NCBI GenBank assembly: GCA_965227695.1
Contig: OZ245760.1
Location: 174,619 to 238,618 of the forward strand
From: Gammaproteobacteria bacterium
GTDB taxonomy: Bacteria > Pseudomonadota > Gammaproteobacteria > UBA4575
DNA length: 64,000 nt
Direction: 5' to 3'
Shown here: positions 61,007 through 64,000 of the stretch, one piece after another
Position numbering within the stretch: position 1 is the stretch's first letter
How the letters are laid out: every line of letters starts with the position of its first letter
Program-made: the position numbers and the translations under genes
The notes under the pieces: generated by a model
What the model saw: only the letters and a program-made list of their open reading frames with translations
Databases searched by the model: none
Told to the model about the DNA's origin: nothing

Positions 61007-61780
61007 TAACAGCCCCAGTATAATCCGGTAAATAACAAAAGGCATCATACCGATAACATTAACCAGCCTTACAAAACCTTCAATACAGGCGTACGCGACA
61101 ATACCTGCTACCAAAAACACACACATGACAGCTAAATAATCCAAATTTACATCTGTCACAAACAACTGGGAGGATTTGTAGGTGATGGCTGCAAGTATGG
61201 TGGGAATTGATAATAAAAATGAATAGCGAGCTGCCGCTACCCGGCTTAACCCCATCATTAAACCCGCCATCATTGTAACGCCCGATCTGGATGTTCCCGG
61301 GATTAATGCAAAAGCCTGTGCAACACCTATAAATAATATCGCCTTCCAAGTTAAAGCATATTCATCAATTGATTCACGATGATTCCGATCAGCATACGCC
61401 AAAAGCACTGCAAACAAAATTGTGGTTGCCGCAATCACATCAGCATCACGCAAATACGTCTCTATGATATCAGCAAACAATAGCCCAACGATTATGATCG
61501 GGATCGTGGCTATAATAATTCCTTGCATTAACCTCAGAATTTTTGCATTTTCTTCCCGCGTGGGAGTCTTGATTGCATGCATCATCTGCATTAATTCTTT
61601 TCGGAAGTAAAGCAACACCGCCAGCAGACTGCCAGCATGAGCGGCAACATCGATCAATAGACCCTGGTCTTCCCAGCCCATCACAATAGACAGCAGTACC
61701 AGGTGAGCCGAGCTGGAAACCGGCAAAAACTCGGTAAGACCCTGGATAATACCCAAGGCGATTATTTGTATGTAATCCAC
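60989..61780 (-). CDS. uppP: Undecaprenyl-diphosphate phosphatase
   Basis: [21 protein letters not shown] and YSFLLSIP motifs. Confidence 0.95.
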   Translation of the reverse strand: MDYIQIIALGIIQGLTEFLPVSSSAHLVLLSIVMGWEDQGLLIDVAAHAGSLLAVLLYFRKELMQMMHAIKTPTREENAKILRLMQGIIIATIPIIIVGLLFADIIETYLRDADVIAATTILFAVLLAYADRNHRESIDEYALTWKAILFIGVAQAFALIPGTSRSGVTMMAGLMMGLSRVAAARYSFLLSIPTILAAITYKSSQLFVTDVNLDYLAVMCVFLVAGIVAYACIEGFVRLVNVIGMMPFVIYRIILGLLLFIFV

Positions 61781-61791
61781 TTTTTCCTATT

Positions 61792-62961
61792 TTACAGTCT
61801 GTGTAAAAGATTCCGGTTTGTAAAATGGCAGGCTGATAGATCCATGTTTTTGCTTAGTATCATAACCTGAAATCGTTCCCCCATCTCACCCGGCAGCAAT
61901 AATCTTTTTAATTCTGCATGATCATTCATGGTAACGATATGTGTGGAATTATCCAGTTGACTTAAAATTCCGCTCGCAAGTAAAAAATTTGCTTGCGTGC
62001 TATAACAATCCACTTTCAATTTTGCTTTATCGGCAGCTTCTGCCAACGCCGTAAAATCTACACTACATGAAATATCCTGCAAACCTGGCCATAACAGTGG
62101 CTGTTCATTTGCCACATGTCTAAAATGACAGATTAACGTCCCCATCGTTCTTTGATGATGATAATATTCAGCACGAGGATAACCATAGTCGATATAAAAA
62201 AATATTCCCTGCTTCACAAATGCAGAAATATCCTCAATAAAACTATCATACTCGAGACTAACTTCAGCAAAATAATCAATATCGTTTTGTTGGATCAACG
62301 TTTTCGGTACTCTATTACACACCGTATTTTGCAGGCGGGCATCTGCTTTGCGTTCAACAAATTCCAGTTCTTGCTTTTTGTCCAGCCCAACACAACGCTC
62401 GGCAATCATCCCGCCTTTTATTCTTAGCAGTTTGACTGGCAACACGTCCAGCACTTCATTTGCTATCACCATGGCGCATGCTAGTGGCTGCGACACTGAG
62501 TGTTGCCATACAAATTCACACAGCGAAGCATGGCGCTCAAGCCTTGATTGCTGTTTTCTTTTTAACTGCTCACTCTTTTCAATAATAATGTATTGCTCAG
62601 GAACACAGCCGATGTATTTCAGGTGTGTCACCAAATCATCCGCAAACTTCCCGCTACCAGCACCTACCTCGACAATTTGAATTGCTGGATTACTTTTTTT
62701 TAACTGTTGGAAATAATTTGCAAACGCGAGTGCAAAATAATGGCTACGCTCAGGACTGGTAGTGAAGTCTCCCCCGGCGCCAAACAGCTCATCTGCTTTT
62801 TCATAATAGCCTGTGTCCTTTGCAAATAGGCAAACCTGCATGTAGTCGTCAAACCCGATCGCGGATTGTGCACTATCAATTACTTCGACAATTCTTTTTT
62901 TGCATTTAGCACTATGCTCCCGCTGCCATGCAGTTGGCACAGGCATTTGTATATTCGTCAT
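61792..62961 (-). CDS. SAM-dependent methyltransferase, MidA/NDUFAF7 family
   Basis: GYY, GDFTTSPE, EVGAGSG, ANEVLD, IDYG, QDI...VDF and GEMGERF motifs. Confidence 0.88.
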   Translation of the reverse strand: MTNIQMPVPTAWQREHSAKCKKRIVEVIDSAQSAIGFDDYMQVCLFAKDTGYYEKADELFGAGGDFTTSPERSHYFALAFANYFQQLKKSNPAIQIVEVGAGSGKFADDLVTHLKYIGCVPEQYIIIEKSEQLKRKQQSRLERHASLCEFVWQHSVSQPLACAMVIANEVLDVLPVKLLRIKGGMIAERCVGLDKKQELEFVERKADARLQNTVCNRVPKTLIQQNDIDYFAEVSLEYDSFIEDISAFVKQGIFFYIDYGYPRAEYYHHQRTMGTLICHFRHVANEQPLLWPGLQDISCSVDFTALAEAADKAKLKVDCYSTQANFLLASGILSQLDNSTHIVTMNDHAELKRLLLPGEMGERFQVMILSKNMDLSACHFTNRNLLHRL

Positions 62962-63075
62962 TTTATCCCTTATATGTCCAGCTCAGTCCCTCACTTCATT
63001 TCGCTGGCATGATATATTCACGCTCTGTCGGCCTCAGTATACATTTATCAATTAACCCGCATCAGAAAGGACTTT

Positions 63076-63819
63076 ATGGAATCAAAAAACACACGCGTGG
63101 CGATTGTCACCGGAGCTGCACGTAGAATCGGCGCCAGTATCGTACGCAAGCTTCACGCACAGGGTATGAATATTGTCCTCCACTATCGTGGATCAGACAA
63201 TGAAGCCAGGGCGATTGAACGAGAACTTAATGCTGTCAGGCCGAACAGCATAAAATGCCTTTCATTCAACTTGCTAGACTGTGAAAACCTCGAAGTCTTT
63301 GTAAATCAGGCAGTTTCCATATGGGGACGTCTTGATGTATTAATTAATAACGCTTCTACCTTTTATCCGACAGCTGTGAATGAGATAACCCAGCAACACT
63401 GGCATGATCTGATCGGTGTTAACTTACAGGCACCGCTATTTCTAACGCAAGCCTGTGCCAGTCATCTGACCTTTTCCAGAGGTTGTGTAATCAACATTGT
63501 TGATATCCACGCTGACCGGCCACTAAAAGGCTATACCGTTTACTCGGTGGCGAAAGCAGGCCTGTCCATGCTGACCAAATCCATGGCACGTGAACTGGCC
63601 CCTGATGTGCGTGTCAATGGCGTCTCGCCCGGAGCCATTATGTGGCCCGAAAATGAACATTATGAAGCTCAACACCAGGAGATAATTGATCGCACCGCTC
63701 TCAAACGGGAGGGCCATCCAAGCGATATTGCAGAGACTGTTTGGTTCCTGATCGACGCAGCCGGTTATATCACCGGCCAGATAATCTCGGTTGATGGTGG
63801 TCGCACTCTGAGCAACTGA
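63076..63819 (+). CDS. folM: Pteridine reductase / dihydromonapterin reductase (SDR)
   Basis: TGAARRIG, NNAS.FYPT, YSVAK and RVNGVSPG motifs; convergent with folK. Confidence 0.85.
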   Translation: MESKNTRVAIVTGAARRIGASIVRKLHAQGMNIVLHYRGSDNEARAIERELNAVRPNSIKCLSFNLLDCENLEVFVNQAVSIWGRLDVLINNASTFYPTAVNEITQQHWHDLIGVNLQAPLFLTQACASHLTFSRGCVINIVDIHADRPLKGYTVYSVAKAGLSMLTKSMARELAPDVRVNGVSPGAIMWPENEHYEAQHQEIIDRTALKREGHPSDIAETVWFLIDAAGYITGQIISVDGGRTLSN

Positions 63820-63834
63820 TTATCCAGCATGTCG

Positions 63835-63999
63835 CTAGCGCTGTTCAACAGAAGAGACTGATATCTTTTGGGGTGGCAGACTATCAACCAGTTCTACCCG
63901 CTTTAAACTCAGCTCGCGCTTATCGAACTGCTCCCACAATTGTGCGAAAGTTGTTTTAAGAATTGGATGTGGCATATCACCGGCAATGTCGGCAAGCGG
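63835..63999 (-). CDS. folK: 2-amino-4-hydroxy-6-hydroxymethyldihydropteridine diphosphokinase, C-terminal part (5' end outside window)
   Basis: Manual translation gives PLADIAGDMPHPILKTTFAQLWEQF..., matching the HPPK C-terminal PL.EI.P...HP motif; stop at 63837-63835. Confidence 0.7.
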   Translation of the reverse strand, partial: PLADIAGDMPHPILKTTFAQLWEQFDKRELSLKRVELVDSLPPQKISVSSVEQR

Positions 64000-64000
64000 C

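Noticed and set aside
57844-62961. NDUFA9-like and NDUFAF7/MidA-like genes close together as a 'complex I assembly' module
   Set aside because: They are not co-transcribed and both are common residents of the cca/folK region in proteobacteria; there is no nuo context here.

Overview
64-kb chromosomal segment (roughly 45% GC by eye) of a free-living gammaproteobacterium, very likely a sulfur oxidiser, since it carries a complete soeABC sulfite:quinone oxidoreductase. The right third (41-64 kb) is conserved housekeeping synteny: groEL/groES with a perfect CIRCE, fxsA, cutA-dsbD-aroQ-accB-accC-prmA-DUF3426-dusB-fis-purH-(AEC)-purD, rho, trxA, cca, uppP, a MidA-like methyltransferase, pteridine reductase and partial folK. 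The left two-thirds is a mosaic of accessory genes: orphan acetolactate synthase, orphan CbbQ/NorQ ATPase, a Fae paralogue lacking the catalytic His, oxyR, two VPLPA-CTERM genes (one truncated), a DedA-flavin disulfide reductase/ArsS radical SAM/RND cluster, a RimB-RimK fusion and a gshA-rhodanese-ppk2 run. I saw no rRNA, tRNA, CRISPR array, transposase or phage genes. The best novel candidates come from outside the ORF track or from gene context: (i) an ~82-nt sigma54-promoted, intrinsically terminated small RNA with an anti-Shine-Dalgarno loop downstream of oxyR; (ii) a 33-aa single-TM small protein with its own promoter, operator-like repeat, RBS and terminator; (iii) the ArsS-centred putative organoarsenical reduction/adenosylation/export cluster; (iv) a sigma54-driven small secreted orphan protein beside soeC. 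All family calls come from motif recognition by eye, not database searches.
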